Source of the DNA: Gemmatimonas sp.
GTDB lineage: Bacteria; Gemmatimonadota; Gemmatimonadetes; Longimicrobiales; Longimicrobiaceae
Length of the DNA: 64,000 nt
Direction of reading: 5' to 3'
Assembly: GCA_009380025.1 (NCBI GenBank)
Contig: WHSP01000001.1
Location: 28,860 to 92,859, forward strand
Shown here: positions 42,071 through 51,545 of the stretch, one piece after another
How the letters are laid out: the number at the start of each line of letters is the position of its first letter
Position numbering within the stretch: the first letter of the stretch is position 1
The notes under the pieces: generated by a model
Databases searched by the model: none
Told to the model about the DNA's origin: nothing
The model's input: the letters and a program-made list of their open reading frames with translations, nothing else
Position numbers and translations under genes: made by a program

Positions 42071-43234
42071 TCATTCGGCCAGAAGCAGCCGTGGCTCGTC
42101 CGGTCGGAGCTGGTAGGCCCAGTCGAAGAGGATCAGCCTGCTCCCGTCGGCGTCGACGGACGTGCCCTGAACGCGCATCTTCGCGAAGTGTGTCTGACCG
42201 TCCGAGCCGAGGACCCGCAGGACGTAGGTGTCACCGGCTTCGACGGCGACCGCCGAGGTATCGAACTCGGAATTGGCGGGGGCGACCGTCACATCCAGAC
42301 AGTCCGGCTCACTTCCGGGCCCACACGAGAGAGCGGTAGTGAACGTCCCCGCGTCGATCGCCGTCTGGCCGAGGGGTTGGATCCACAGCGTCTCGTTCAC
42401 CGTTTCGAGCCGCCACTGTGCGCTCGGAGAGTCTCCGGCCAGGATCGGATCGTCCGCTTCGGAGGCGACGAATTGGAACCCGCTCGAAGCGGTAGCATCG
42501 GAAAAGGAGTAGACGATGTCGGCGTGGAAGTCCGGACGTGGAATGCCCTGGCCGGGCTGACTGAGGTCACTCACGTGTCCCCACTCGTCGCTGGTGGCGA
42601 CGTAGTAGTCGTATTGGACCCCGTTCTGAGCCAACTCGTCGAAGAAGCTGGTGCCGTCGGTGTAGCCAATGACGATGGCTCGCTCGCCTTCCCGTTGGGC
42701 GAGGACGGTGTAGAGTGGGGCACCTGTCCCAGTCCACTCGATGTACGCTGCACCGTCGAGCCCGGTCACAGTCGGAGCGTCGGGAACGCTGAGCGCGGGA
42801 AAGTCGGCAGCCTCGACCGTTACCGATTCGGACGCGCCAATCTCCTCCCCCGACCTCTCGTCGAGAGTCACAACGTAGTAGTCGTAGGTGCGTCCGTGGA
42901 GGATGTTCGTGTCGGTGTACCGGCAGAGCCCGTCGCTACACGAAGTGACCGTCGCGATCAGTCCGAATGCCCCATCCCCGTAGGCGGAGTATACTCGGAA
43001 AGGCTCGTTGTTGTGATCGGTTGGCACCTCCCAACTCAGTTCGATCGCGGGGTACCCGTCGACCCGACCGTCACTCCAATTCTCACGGATCCAGTTGTAC
43101 GCACCGTCCAGGTCGGTCGGATCGTACCTGCCGACCGGCCCGAAGACATCCGACTCGCACCCCGTCAGCAACCACCCCACAGCCGCGACCGCGGCCAGGA
43201 ACCTGAATCTCATCTTGTTCATCGTCGTAGTCAT
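42071..43234 (-). CDS. hypothetical lipoprotein (beta-rich, possibly FN3-like repeats)
   Basis: Signal and lipobox FLAAVAAVGWLLTGC; Asp/Thr/Tyr-rich beta-type composition. No family recognised. Confidence 0.6.
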   Translation of the reverse strand: MTTTMNKMRFRFLAAVAAVGWLLTGCESDVFGPVGRYDPTDLDGAYNWIRENWSDGRVDGYPAIELSWEVPTDHNNEPFRVYSAYGDGAFGLIATVTSCSDGLCRYTDTNILHGRTYDYYVVTLDERSGEEIGASESVTVEAADFPALSVPDAPTVTGLDGAAYIEWTGTGAPLYTVLAQREGERAIVIGYTDGTSFFDELAQNGVQYDYYVATSDEWGHVSDLSQPGQGIPRPDFHADIVYSFSDATASSGFQFVASEADDPILAGDSPSAQWRLETVNETLWIQPLGQTAIDAGTFTTALSCGPGSEPDCLDVTVAPANSEFDTSAVAVEAGDTYVLRVLGSDGQTHFAKMRVQGTSVDADGSRLILFDWAYQLRPDEPRLLLAE

Positions 43235-43400
43235 CTCTGGATAGGCATCGAACCTCCTGAGGAAAGCGAAAGCAATCGAGGTTCCGCAGGGACTGAACCC
43301 CTATAAACGAATATCTTATCGCTACTTGTAGTAATTGCGTGCAGGCGGGACGGTGCGGCGGCGTCACCTGAAGGCGACACTACTTCCGAGACGCAGAGTA

Positions 43401-43439
43401 CGCTGAGGTCGCAGAGTGGTTCTCCGCGCGACCTCAGCG
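43401..43439 (-). terminator. 12-bp perfect stem-loop overlapping the lptD stop codon
   Basis: CGCTGAGGTCGC (43401-43412) pairs with GCGACCTCAGCG (43428-43439), with a 15-nt loop. Confidence 0.5.
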
Positions 43440-46196
43440 CCGGTCTATGCCGAGATTCCTTTCGGCGTAGTCCAACCGCAGATCGCGGTTGTGGGTGAGC
43501 TCGACGTAGAACTCGAACGCCGTGTTACCGTTCGGCGTCTGGTAGAAGTTGAAGTTGGCCTGCCACTCGTGGAGGTCGCGCTGGAAGTTCAGCTGGTGGG
43601 ACCCGAACTCGCCATCGGAGATCGAGTAGCTGGTCGACCAGTTCACCGACCAATTCGGGCTGAGCTGGAAGGAGACGTCACCGTCGAGGGTCTGGCTCGT
43701 GCCGTCATTGAAGTCCTCGACCCTGGTGAAGATCCTACGTGGCCGGGAGAGGCGGTATGAAAGCCCGACATTCCACGGGCCTGCTCCGGTGCCCTGGGGG
43801 TTGCCCGTGAACGTCTCCTCCGCCTCCGTGACCGGCTCCTCCACGTCCTCTCCCCCTATCACCTGCTCCTCCGGAGCCGGGTCGTCTTCGTCCGCGCCCA
43901 GGCCGATTCGCTCGAGCCATTGGACGATGGCCGTCTGGGGACCGAGCTCGAATGTCGTGCTGAGCGAGGTCAGCCGGGGCGCAAATCGGCCCAGCTTTCC
44001 TTTATTGGACTGGTCATCGGGATCGAGATCCGTCCGGTCGAACAGCTCGTGCTGCATCTGGATGGTCAGGCCGCGGAGATAATCGGAGGTCACGGAGTTG
44101 CTGACCGTTTCGGTGACGAACCCGTTGCCTTCCTCCTGCGCCTGGATGAAGTCGTATTCGAGGGGACTCGTGTTGATGGAGAGGAGCGTCACCTTCGCGG
44201 GATCGGCGGGGACGGCCGGAACATCGAAAGGGGAGATCGAATCCGGGGCCAGCGAATCCGGTTGCTCAACGGGTTCCTCAACCTCGGGAGGCTCGGCCAA
44301 CTTGGCCTCCCAGGTCTGGTTGATGGTCAGCGAGATGCGGTTCTGGGTGCGGCCACCGGCGATCCCGAAAAGGCTATCCTGAATGGCTGTCTGCTCGACC
44401 TCGGGCGAATAGCCGTACGAGAGGCGAGGCGAGAAGCGGTGTCGAATCGCGGTGAGCCCGCCGAATCCCGGGAAGAAGCCGTACAGGTCCGTGTTGAGGC
44501 TGGTGCCGAAGGTCATGCGCGTCGGTGCACCGATGAGCTCGCCACCAGTCAGGGTGTCCCGGACGAGCTGCTGGTTGAGGGTGATGTGCGGCGAGATATT
44601 CGTCGAACCGATCAGGGGCTGCTGATAGCTCGCGCGCGCCGACCACTGCGCATCGTCGCGGTCGTATGCGGGAACTGCGGGGACTGCGGCGATCTCGTCA
44701 CCACCCGTGGTGCCTGCGATCTCGGCCACTTCCTCCCGATTCAGTGACCCAGATGCACCCAGGGTCAGGTTCCCGACCGAGAACGACGGCCCAGCGCGGA
44801 AGCTGGTTTGCTTCGTATCCGCCCGACTCCGCCCCACGTTGTCGTCGTACTCGTTCGAAGAGCGCGAGACGCTGACCACTCCCGGCGTGAAGGTCGCGTT
44901 GCTGTACCACCGCATCTGCTCGGGGGTGGGGGCCTGGAAGAGCGTGAGAGTGCCGGGGGAGATACTCAGGGACGGGAACGTCGAGGAGACGTCGCCGGTG
45001 GCGATCGACTGCCTTCGGTCGGCACCGAACGAAACGGAGGCCCAGTCGAAACGGCGCTGGATCGACAGGCTCGATTGGAGGTCCTGCGTCACATCTCGCG
45101 GATCGTAGCTCGATTCCCGCACGAACGCCGAAGAGCTCGCATAACTGGCACGCAGCGACATATTCGTGCGCTCATCCGGCCGCCAGGAGCCGTTGGCGTT
45201 GAGGTTGAGGTCCTTGCCGCCATCGTCCTGCCAGTACCGCTGGAGACCGACGCTGCCGTTCAGGAACTGGCGCCGCCAGCTGTAATCCAATCTCCCGTCG
45301 AGTGCCGTGTACGCGCCGCTCCGCCACGTGGTGCTGACCTGCGCTCCCATGTACTGGTTGATCGCCCAGTAGAAGCCGACGTCGGAGAGCTGGCGGTTGT
45401 AGCCCGAGGAGGTGCGGACCACGTCGGTGAGACCAAAGCGAGGCGTCAGAAATCCACTCCGGCGGCCCTCCTCGAGGTTGTGGACTACGAACGGGAGGAC
45501 CATGACGGGCACATTACCGAAGTAGAGCCGCGCCGGCCTCGCGACCAGGATGTTGTCGCGGATGACCATCACCTCGTCCGACTCGAAATGGTAGTGCGGA
45601 ATGGCGAGATCGCAGCTCGTGAAATGAGCGTTGGTGCCGAAGAGACGATCCTGCCCTTCCAGGGTCACGTCCCCCTGAACGTACCAGGTCGCGGTCTCGA
45701 CGACCTCGGTCCGAGCGCCAAGCGCGGTCGCGCGACGGCGGGCGAGATCATAGTAGAGCGTATCCCCTTCGATCTCCTGCCCTTCGCCCGTGACCGTCGG
45801 TGCGCCATAGGCCTCGACGAGTTCCAGGCCTTCGCGGTAGATGATGGTGTCGGCGGTGAGGCGATCGCCGTTGCGACTCACCTCCGCATCCCCGTCCAAC
45901 TGGAGAACCCCATCGTCCGCCCGATACCGGGCGTCGGTCCCGTGGTATTCGGTGACCGTGAAGCCCTCGAGCTCGCGGAGGAGTCGGAGGATGGAATCGG
46001 CCTCGGCGGAGAGCGGTGGTCTTGCTGGGACGGTGTCGCCCGTGAGGGTATCCACCACCATCCCGGGAAGAGAGTCGGAGGGTAAGGGCAACGAATCGAC
46101 CGCCGCCGTATCAGGCTGCTGGGCGGCGGCTGGAACGGTCAGAACGGCAACGGCCAGCAACGGGGCCGCAGCGAACGCGAATCTGAAGGATCTCAC
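43434..46196 (-). CDS. lptD: LPS-assembly outer-membrane protein LptD/OstA-like
   Basis: Signal peptide, OstA-like N-domain (LQLDGDAEVSRNGDRLTADTIIYRE...GDTLYYDL) and a very large beta-barrel-type C-terminal region. Confidence 0.7.
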   Translation of the reverse strand: MRSFRFAFAAAPLLAVAVLTVPAAAQQPDTAAVDSLPLPSDSLPGMVVDTLTGDTVPARPPLSAEADSILRLLRELEGFTVTEYHGTDARYRADDGVLQLDGDAEVSRNGDRLTADTIIYREGLELVEAYGAPTVTGEGQEIEGDTLYYDLARRRATALGARTEVVETATWYVQGDVTLEGQDRLFGTNAHFTSCDLAIPHYHFESDEVMVIRDNILVARPARLYFGNVPVMVLPFVVHNLEEGRRSGFLTPRFGLTDVVRTSSGYNRQLSDVGFYWAINQYMGAQVSTTWRSGAYTALDGRLDYSWRRQFLNGSVGLQRYWQDDGGKDLNLNANGSWRPDERTNMSLRASYASSSAFVRESSYDPRDVTQDLQSSLSIQRRFDWASVSFGADRRQSIATGDVSSTFPSLSISPGTLTLFQAPTPEQMRWYSNATFTPGVVSVSRSSNEYDDNVGRSRADTKQTSFRAGPSFSVGNLTLGASGSLNREEVAEIAGTTGGDEIAAVPAVPAYDRDDAQWSARASYQQPLIGSTNISPHITLNQQLVRDTLTGGELIGAPTRMTFGTSLNTDLYGFFPGFGGLTAIRHRFSPRLSYGYSPEVEQTAIQDSLFGIAGGRTQNRISLTINQTWEAKLAEPPEVEEPVEQPDSLAPDSISPFDVPAVPADPAKVTLLSINTSPLEYDFIQAQEEGNGFVTETVSNSVTSDYLRGLTIQMQHELFDRTDLDPDDQSNKGKLGRFAPRLTSLSTTFELGPQTAIVQWLERIGLGADEDDPAPEEQVIGGEDVEEPVTEAEETFTGNPQGTGAGPWNVGLSYRLSRPRRIFTRVEDFNDGTSQTLDGDVSFQLSPNWSVNWSTSYSISDGEFGSHQLNFQRDLHEWQANFNFYQTPNGNTAFEFYVELTHNRDLRLDYAERNLGIDRR

Positions 46197-47063
46197 TCAA
46201 CCCTCGGGCAGTGCGATCCTCGAGTTCCGCCGGGTGAGGACTGCGCGGGACATCACGATACTGACCTCATACAGGAACAGAACGGGCAAAATCAGAAGCA
46301 GCTGGCTGCCGATGTCGGGTGGAGTCACGATTGCGCTGGCAACCGTCAGGATCGCGATTGCAACCTTCCGCTTGGCGACGAGCAACTCCGGCGTCACGAT
46401 ACCGAGAACCGTGCCGAGCAAGATCACGATGGGCAGCTCGAATGCCAGACCGAACGCGACGAGCATTCGTAGCACCAGCTTGAGATACTCCCCGATGACG
46501 ATCGATTGTTCCAAGCTCTCTGTCTGGAACGCCATCGTGAACTGGAGCATCAGGGGGACCACCAGGTAGTAGCAGAACAGCACACCGACCGCGAAGAGCA
46601 CGACGCCGCCGACGATCGAGGGCGCGATCAACTTCCTCTCTTCGGGCCGCATGAGCGGCGCCAACGTCGACCACAGCTGCCTGATCAGGTACGGGAGGGC
46701 GAGCACGAGCCCGATACTGAGGGCCAGTTTCAAGGTGACGAAAAAGGGGTCGGTGGGGCTCAAGTATTTGAGCTTCTCGCCGTTGAGGAAGGGTTCGATC
46801 GGGGCGACGAAGAAACCGAGGACGTCGAGGTTGATCGTCCACCCACCGATTCCGAAGGTCCCGAGCGCGCCGAGCTCGAACGTCCACCGCGGAACCCGCA
46901 GCGTAAGCGGCCAGGCAGCGACAAGGAAGCCGAGGATCGTGGTGGCCGTCACGACGACCAGGGAAGCGATCAGCCGACCCCGGAAGTCATCGAGCCGGTC
47001 GAGAAAGGACTTCTCGCCCGAGCGGGCGCGAAACCCGTCGACGAGGCCTGCTACGGAGCTCAT
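46197..47063 (-). CDS. tatC: twin-arginine translocase subunit TatC, paralogue with an enlarged first periplasmic loop
   Basis: FLDRLDDFRGRLI (the TatC N-motif), YLSPTDPFFVTLKL, LQFTMAFQTESLEQSIVIGEYL. Six predicted TM segments. Confidence 0.8.
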   Translation of the reverse strand: MSSVAGLVDGFRARSGEKSFLDRLDDFRGRLIASLVVVTATTILGFLVAAWPLTLRVPRWTFELGALGTFGIGGWTINLDVLGFFVAPIEPFLNGEKLKYLSPTDPFFVTLKLALSIGLVLALPYLIRQLWSTLAPLMRPEERKLIAPSIVGGVVLFAVGVLFCYYLVVPLMLQFTMAFQTESLEQSIVIGEYLKLVLRMLVAFGLAFELPIVILLGTVLGIVTPELLVAKRKVAIAILTVASAIVTPPDIGSQLLLILPVLFLYEVSIVMSRAVLTRRNSRIALPEG

Positions 47064-47066
47064 GGG

Positions 47067-47834
47067 TCAGCCGCGTGCGGGCTCGGGCTCGGCCGTGCGT
47101 CGGCGGACGACGAACTTGGAAAGGGTGATGCTGATCTCGTAGAGGAGCGCCAGCGGAGCCATCATCATCAGGGTGATCGTGATCACATCGCCTGGAGTGA
47201 TCAGGGCCGACACGACGGTGATGAGAGCGATGGCGTGGCGTCGCTTGGAGGCGAGGAACTCCGGTGTCACTAGCCCCAGGAAGGTGAGGAGGAGGATCAC
47301 CACCGGTAGCTCGAAGACGATACCGAACGCCAGCAGCAAGCGCGTAACGACGCTGAGGTACTCGCCGATCACAATCGCTTGCTCCAGGCTCTCCGTCTGG
47401 AATCCCATCGTGAACTGGAGCGTCACCGGAAGCGCGATGTAGTACGCCATCGCCACGCCGGCCATGAAGAGGACGAGGCCGAAATACAGGCTCGGAATGA
47501 TCGCCCTCTTCTCCGACGAATGGAGGGCGGGCGACAGGAACGCCCAGAGCTGAAAGATGATGATCGGCCCTGCCAGCAGGATCCCGACGACCAACGACAG
47601 CTTGAGTGTGACGAAGAAGGGGTCGGTCGGGCTGAGGTACCCCAGGCGTGAGTTGTCCAGGAACGGCGTGATCGGCTCGATCAGGAGGCTGAGGACATTG
47701 AGTCGAGTCACTACGAAGTAGCCGACGATCGTGAAGACGCCGATCGCCAGCAGACTCCAGAGAATTCGCCAGCGGAGCTCTTCCAGGTGGTCCAGGAAGG
47801 GCATCTCGCCGGTAGTGGTTCCAAAGTACTTCAT
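47067..47834 (-). CDS. tatC: twin-arginine translocase subunit TatC
   Basis: FLDHLEELRWRIL, YLSPTDPFFVTLKL, LQFTMGFQTESLEQAIVIGEYL. Canonical length of about 255 aa. Confidence 0.88.
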   Translation of the reverse strand: MKYFGTTTGEMPFLDHLEELRWRILWSLLAIGVFTIVGYFVVTRLNVLSLLIEPITPFLDNSRLGYLSPTDPFFVTLKLSLVVGILLAGPIIIFQLWAFLSPALHSSEKRAIIPSLYFGLVLFMAGVAMAYYIALPVTLQFTMGFQTESLEQAIVIGEYLSVVTRLLLAFGIVFELPVVILLLTFLGLVTPEFLASKRRHAIALITVVSALITPGDVITITLMMMAPLALLYEISITLSKFVVRRRTAEPEPARG

Positions 47835-48382
47835 CCTGCCTCTTCGGCTGCGCTCTCGACCCCGGCGTTCCCCTCCCCGTTGGCACCGAGGGGAAGCTCA
47901 CGCTGGTAGCGTCGCACCTCGCGCTCTACCGCGCGCTCGTCCAACTCGCGCAGCTCTTCGTAGAACTCCGTCAGATCCTGGAAGTTGCGGTAGACCGACG
48001 CGAAGCGGACGTAGGCGATGTGATCTCGCGCCTTGAGGCGCTCCATGACCATCTCGCCGAGCTGCCGGCTTTCGATCGCGGACGCGTCGGACTGGTCGAG
48101 GATCCGCTCGATTTCCTCGACGAGATCATCGACGTCCGGACCGGCGACCGGCCGCTTGGCCACGGCAACCTGGATGCTCGTCAAGAGCTTCCGACGATCA
48201 TACGGCTCGATCTCGCCGTTCCTCTTCGCCACCTGCAGTGGCCGCTCCTCGATGTACTCGTAGGTCGTGTACCTGCGGCCACACTCCAGACATTCTCGCC
48301 GCCGCCGCACGGCTCGACCCTCGCGGCTCCCGCGCGAATCAACGACCCGGTCTTCCATGTGGCTACAGAAGGGGCACCGCAT
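47831..48382 (-). CDS. nrdR: transcriptional repressor NrdR
   Basis: MRCPFCSH...CLECGRRYTTYE zinc ribbon followed by an ATP-cone domain. Confidence 0.92.
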   Translation of the reverse strand: MRCPFCSHMEDRVVDSRGSREGRAVRRRRECLECGRRYTTYEYIEERPLQVAKRNGEIEPYDRRKLLTSIQVAVAKRPVAGPDVDDLVEEIERILDQSDASAIESRQLGEMVMERLKARDHIAYVRFASVYRNFQDLTEFYEELRELDERAVEREVRRYQRELPLGANGEGNAGVESAAEEAG

Positions 48383-48575
48383 AGGAGCGATCAGCTATCG
48401 GCTTTCAGAGGGCCAGGAGCGTCGTTGTACCTTCGAACGGGGCGCTGAGTTTCGCTGATAGCGTATCGCAATGCCGTCAGCGAATCCTGGCATCTCCCAC
48501 CTCGGCACCTCGCGGACAGACTGCGTGACCTGGGGGAAAGACGTCGGATCAGCAATAGAGGAGCTGGCAGACGGG

Positions 48576-48596
48576 TAGCCGATAGCTGATAGGGTA
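48576..48596. repeat. period-7 array, family CGATAGC (TAGCCGA TAGCTGA TAGGGTA), with an inverted partner at 48392-48403
   Basis: AGCCGATAGCTG (48577-48588) is the exact reverse complement of CAGCTATCGGCT (48392-48403). A further unit, CGGCTATCGC at 48611-48620, contains the ybgF stop. Confidence 0.6.
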
Positions 48597-48613
48597 GTGC
48601 GATCTCCGTTCGG

Positions 48614-49339
48614 CTATCGCAATACCCTCAACATATCCCTTGCGTCTTCCGCCTCCGCACTTCCCGGATACGCTGCGGTGAGCTGGTTGAGCATCGATCG
48701 GGCGCGGTCCTCGTTGCCTCGATCGACCTCGACCATGGCCGCTCTGTAGAGCGCCGTAGCGGCCTCGGGGGCGTCCGGGTGCAGTTCGAGAACGCTCGAG
48801 TACTCGTCCAGGGCGGCCTCGAGCTCGCCCTCGTCGTGCAGGAGCGCGGCGAGGTAGAGACGAGCGGCCGGGGCCGAAGGGTGCTGTGGGAAGACCTCGG
48901 TGAACTCCTGGAAGCCGGCTCGGGCGGTCGAGATGGAGCCTCGGTCCAGCGCGGCCTCCGCGGACTCGAAGAGTTCGTCCGGATCTCCGGCGTCCGGGAC
49001 CACGGAGTCGACCAGCGCTCGCTGCGCCGCCTCGCGTTGTGCCATCGACTCACGCAACTCTGCCAGCCGTTGCTGGCCCTGGCCCGTCAGCTCCTGGATC
49101 TGGAAGAGCTGGCCTTCGATCGCGCCCAGCTGAGTGGCAAAGTCTCCCCTCTGCCGCACGGACTGAGTGGTCAGCGAATCCATCATGACGTCGTTCTGCT
49201 GCTGGATATCCTGAAGCAGGCGGTCCTGCGCCGCTTGCATGCGGCTGATCTCCGCCTGGAGATCCTGCAGGTCGCGTTTCGTCGCGCAGCCACCCCACAT
49301 CGGGACGAGCAGTGCGACGATGAGGCAATGCTTTCGCAT
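48614..49339 (-). CDS. ybgF: Tol-Pal system protein YbgF/CpoB
   Basis: Lipoprotein-like signal, coiled-coil N-domain, TPR C-domain, and the last position in the tol-pal gene order. Confidence 0.75.
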   Translation of the reverse strand: MRKHCLIVALLVPMWGGCATKRDLQDLQAEISRMQAAQDRLLQDIQQQNDVMMDSLTTQSVRQRGDFATQLGAIEGQLFQIQELTGQGQQRLAELRESMAQREAAQRALVDSVVPDAGDPDELFESAEAALDRGSISTARAGFQEFTEVFPQHPSAPAARLYLAALLHDEGELEAALDEYSSVLELHPDAPEAATALYRAAMVEVDRGNEDRARSMLNQLTAAYPGSAEAEDARDMLRVLR

Positions 49340-49914
49340 CAGCGGATCTCGGGTGGTATCGCGGAAATTTCGCCGCCGGTGATCGCGAACTCGGCACGCC
49401 GATTCCGCGCCCAGGTGCTCTCGTCGGAGCCCTCCACCGCCGGCCTCTCCTTACCGTAACTGATCGTGGTGAGGCGGTTCGGCGTGATGCCGTACCCGCT
49501 CAGGAACGTGCGGACGGCCTCGGCACGCCGCTGACCGAGCGCCAGATTGTACTCGGTCGAGCCTCGCTCGTCGGCGTGTCCTTCGACGCGCACCTCCAGA
49601 GACGGATTGGCGCGCAGGATCGCGGACTTGATGCGCAGCTGGTCCTCTGCCTCGGCGTCGATGACGTCGGTGTCGTACTCGAAAAACACCACGCTGGAGA
49701 GGGTTTCCTGAGCTTGAGCGAGTCGTGCCCGCCTGTCCCCGTCCTCCGCCTGCCGCCGGGCCAACTCCGCCGCCGCGATCGAATCCGTCTGAGCCCGATC
49801 GGTGTTGACGTCGGACACGGTCTCGGGGGTCGGTGCGGTCTCAGGTTCCTGGCGAGTGCAGCCGGCGATGACCGTGAACACGAGTGCAAATGCCACATAG
49901 TGACGGAGCTTCAT
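49339..49914 (-). CDS. pal: peptidoglycan-associated lipoprotein Pal (OmpA-family C-domain)
   Basis: Lipobox VIAGC and OmpA-like block VVFFEYDTDVI...VEGHADERGSTEYNLALGQRRAEAV. ATG 49914 chosen. Confidence 0.88.
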   Translation of the reverse strand: MKLRHYVAFALVFTVIAGCTRQEPETAPTPETVSDVNTDRAQTDSIAAAELARRQAEDGDRRARLAQAQETLSSVVFFEYDTDVIDAEAEDQLRIKSAILRANPSLEVRVEGHADERGSTEYNLALGQRRAEAVRTFLSGYGITPNRLTTISYGKERPAVEGSDESTWARNRRAEFAITGGEISAIPPEIR

Positions 49915-50147
49915 CTTTCCTCCCGAATTTGATTCGAAATGACGCACGCGGCGTCTGCTTTGCGGCCGGAGGTCCGGCCGTCGGACCGTACCACAGTGGG
50001 ATCCCGCCAACTCCATCAGACCAGTGATAGATCGCATCTCTTCGTGGCTACCGATGCTTCCTTCGAGCACGCGATCGTCTCGGCGGTCTTCCCGGAAGCC
50101 GGAGTCAAGCAGCCCCGATCAGGACGTTGCCGGACCACCGGATCGCT

Positions 50148-51494
50148 TCACGGCGCCGAATCGGCCCGTCGGAGCGCAGGAGACCAGTCGGGGAGGCCAT
50201 ACCCCGTTCCCCGCAGGAGCGGCCGCACTCTGCCGCCCACCGTATCGAGGATGAAGAGACCACCGCCCTCACGGTCGCGCGAGGAGAAGACGACATGTCG
50301 TCCGTCCGCTGCCCAACTCGGGTCTTCGTTGTTCCCCTCGTTGGTAAGGAGCCGCCGGTCACCGGTCTCCAGATCGGCCACCATGATCTGCATGACGCTG
50401 TTGAGCCGCGAGTGGTAGGTGATCTGGTCACCCGTGGGAGACCAATCCGGCGAAGTATTGTATGCGCGCCCGCCGAAGGCGTAGTCGGAGATGAGCCTGG
50501 GCTCCCCGCCCCCAACCGGCATGATGTAGATGTGCGGTTCCCCGAGGCGGTTGGAGACGAAGGCCAGGCGCCGCCCATCGGGGGAATACGATGGAGACAG
50601 GGAATCGAAACGTCTCCCCTCGGTGTGCTGCTCGAGGCAGCAGTCCTGCTCCGCGTTGTACGTCGCGATCTCGGTGTTCCCGGAGACGGTGGTCGAGAAG
50701 GCGATCGTCGACCCGTCGGGGGAGTAGGTCGGTGTGATGTTGATCCCGTCACGGTCCGAGATGAGGCGGTCGTTTCCCGCACGCATATCGCGCTCGTAGA
50801 GTAACGGCGAGCCCGATCGGTACGAAGTGAAGGCGACACGGCTCCCGTCCGGCGACCATGCCGGGGAGAGGGTGATCGCGCCATCGCTCGTAATGCGCTG
50901 CACGTTCTCACCATCGTAGTCGATGACATACATCTCCTTCGAGCCGTCGCGGGCGTCGAGGACGAAGGCAATTCGGGAGGCTGCTGACCCCAGATCTCCA
51001 GTCGCCCAGCCGACGATCTCGTCAGCGGCGGCGTGCACCGCCATTCGGAAGTTCGGATCCCCCTGCGCAGGCAGAACGAAACTCCGGTCATCCTTCACGG
51101 AGCCATAGACCGCGTCGTGAAGAACCAGCCGGAGGAGAGTATCGCCTCCGGGTCCCGTCTCGATAGAACCATCGAGGACCCAATCCACCCCGCGTTCCTT
51201 CCAGAGCTCCACGTTGACGGGTTCGCCGGCCTCGACGCCGCCGGCATCGCGCATCACCTCGAAACGGTCACTGTAGTCGAGGTCCTGCTCGACGATTCCG
51301 CGGATCGGCTGGGCCATCGCTTCGGAGCCGGCTTCCGCCGCGAACGGCAGAACCACGAGCCCGGGCTGGTACTCAGGCTGATACATCAGACCGAGTCGAA
51401 CACCCGTCGGCTCCCGTGGCTCCTGGGCCAGCGCACCGCCCGCGAATACCGCAGCGGCCAGCAGGGTCATGACGCCGAGTCGAAATATGTTCAT
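50148..51494 (-). CDS. tolB: Tol-Pal system beta-propeller protein TolB
   Basis: Signal peptide, TolB N-domain and repeated SP(A/D)WSPDG beta-propeller blades. Confidence 0.88.
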   Translation of the reverse strand: MNIFRLGVMTLLAAAVFAGGALAQEPREPTGVRLGLMYQPEYQPGLVVLPFAAEAGSEAMAQPIRGIVEQDLDYSDRFEVMRDAGGVEAGEPVNVELWKERGVDWVLDGSIETGPGGDTLLRLVLHDAVYGSVKDDRSFVLPAQGDPNFRMAVHAAADEIVGWATGDLGSAASRIAFVLDARDGSKEMYVIDYDGENVQRITSDGAITLSPAWSPDGSRVAFTSYRSGSPLLYERDMRAGNDRLISDRDGINITPTYSPDGSTIAFSTTVSGNTEIATYNAEQDCCLEQHTEGRRFDSLSPSYSPDGRRLAFVSNRLGEPHIYIMPVGGGEPRLISDYAFGGRAYNTSPDWSPTGDQITYHSRLNSVMQIMVADLETGDRRLLTNEGNNEDPSWAADGRHVVFSSRDREGGGLFILDTVGGRVRPLLRGTGYGLPDWSPALRRADSAP

Positions 51495-51503
51495 CTGGAA
51501 TCG

Positions 51504-51545
51504 CCAGTTACCAGTTGTCAGTTACCGGTCGCCGGCTACCGTTAC
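51504..51545. repeat. period-7 array, family GGTAACT (six degenerate units), between the tolA-like gene and tolB
   Basis: CCAGTTA CCAGTTG TCAGTTA CCGGTCG CCGGCTA CCGTTAC, ending 10 nt from the tolB ATG. Confidence 0.7.

Noticed and set aside
49915-50147. 233-nt tolB-pal spacer as a possible hidden small gene or RNA
   Set aside because: Only Arg-rich spurious frames are present. The only features are a small hairpin (GGCCGGA-GG-TCCGGCC), a CGAAT-TTG-ATTCG palindrome and the pal SD (GGGAGGAAAG). This is not enough to call anything.
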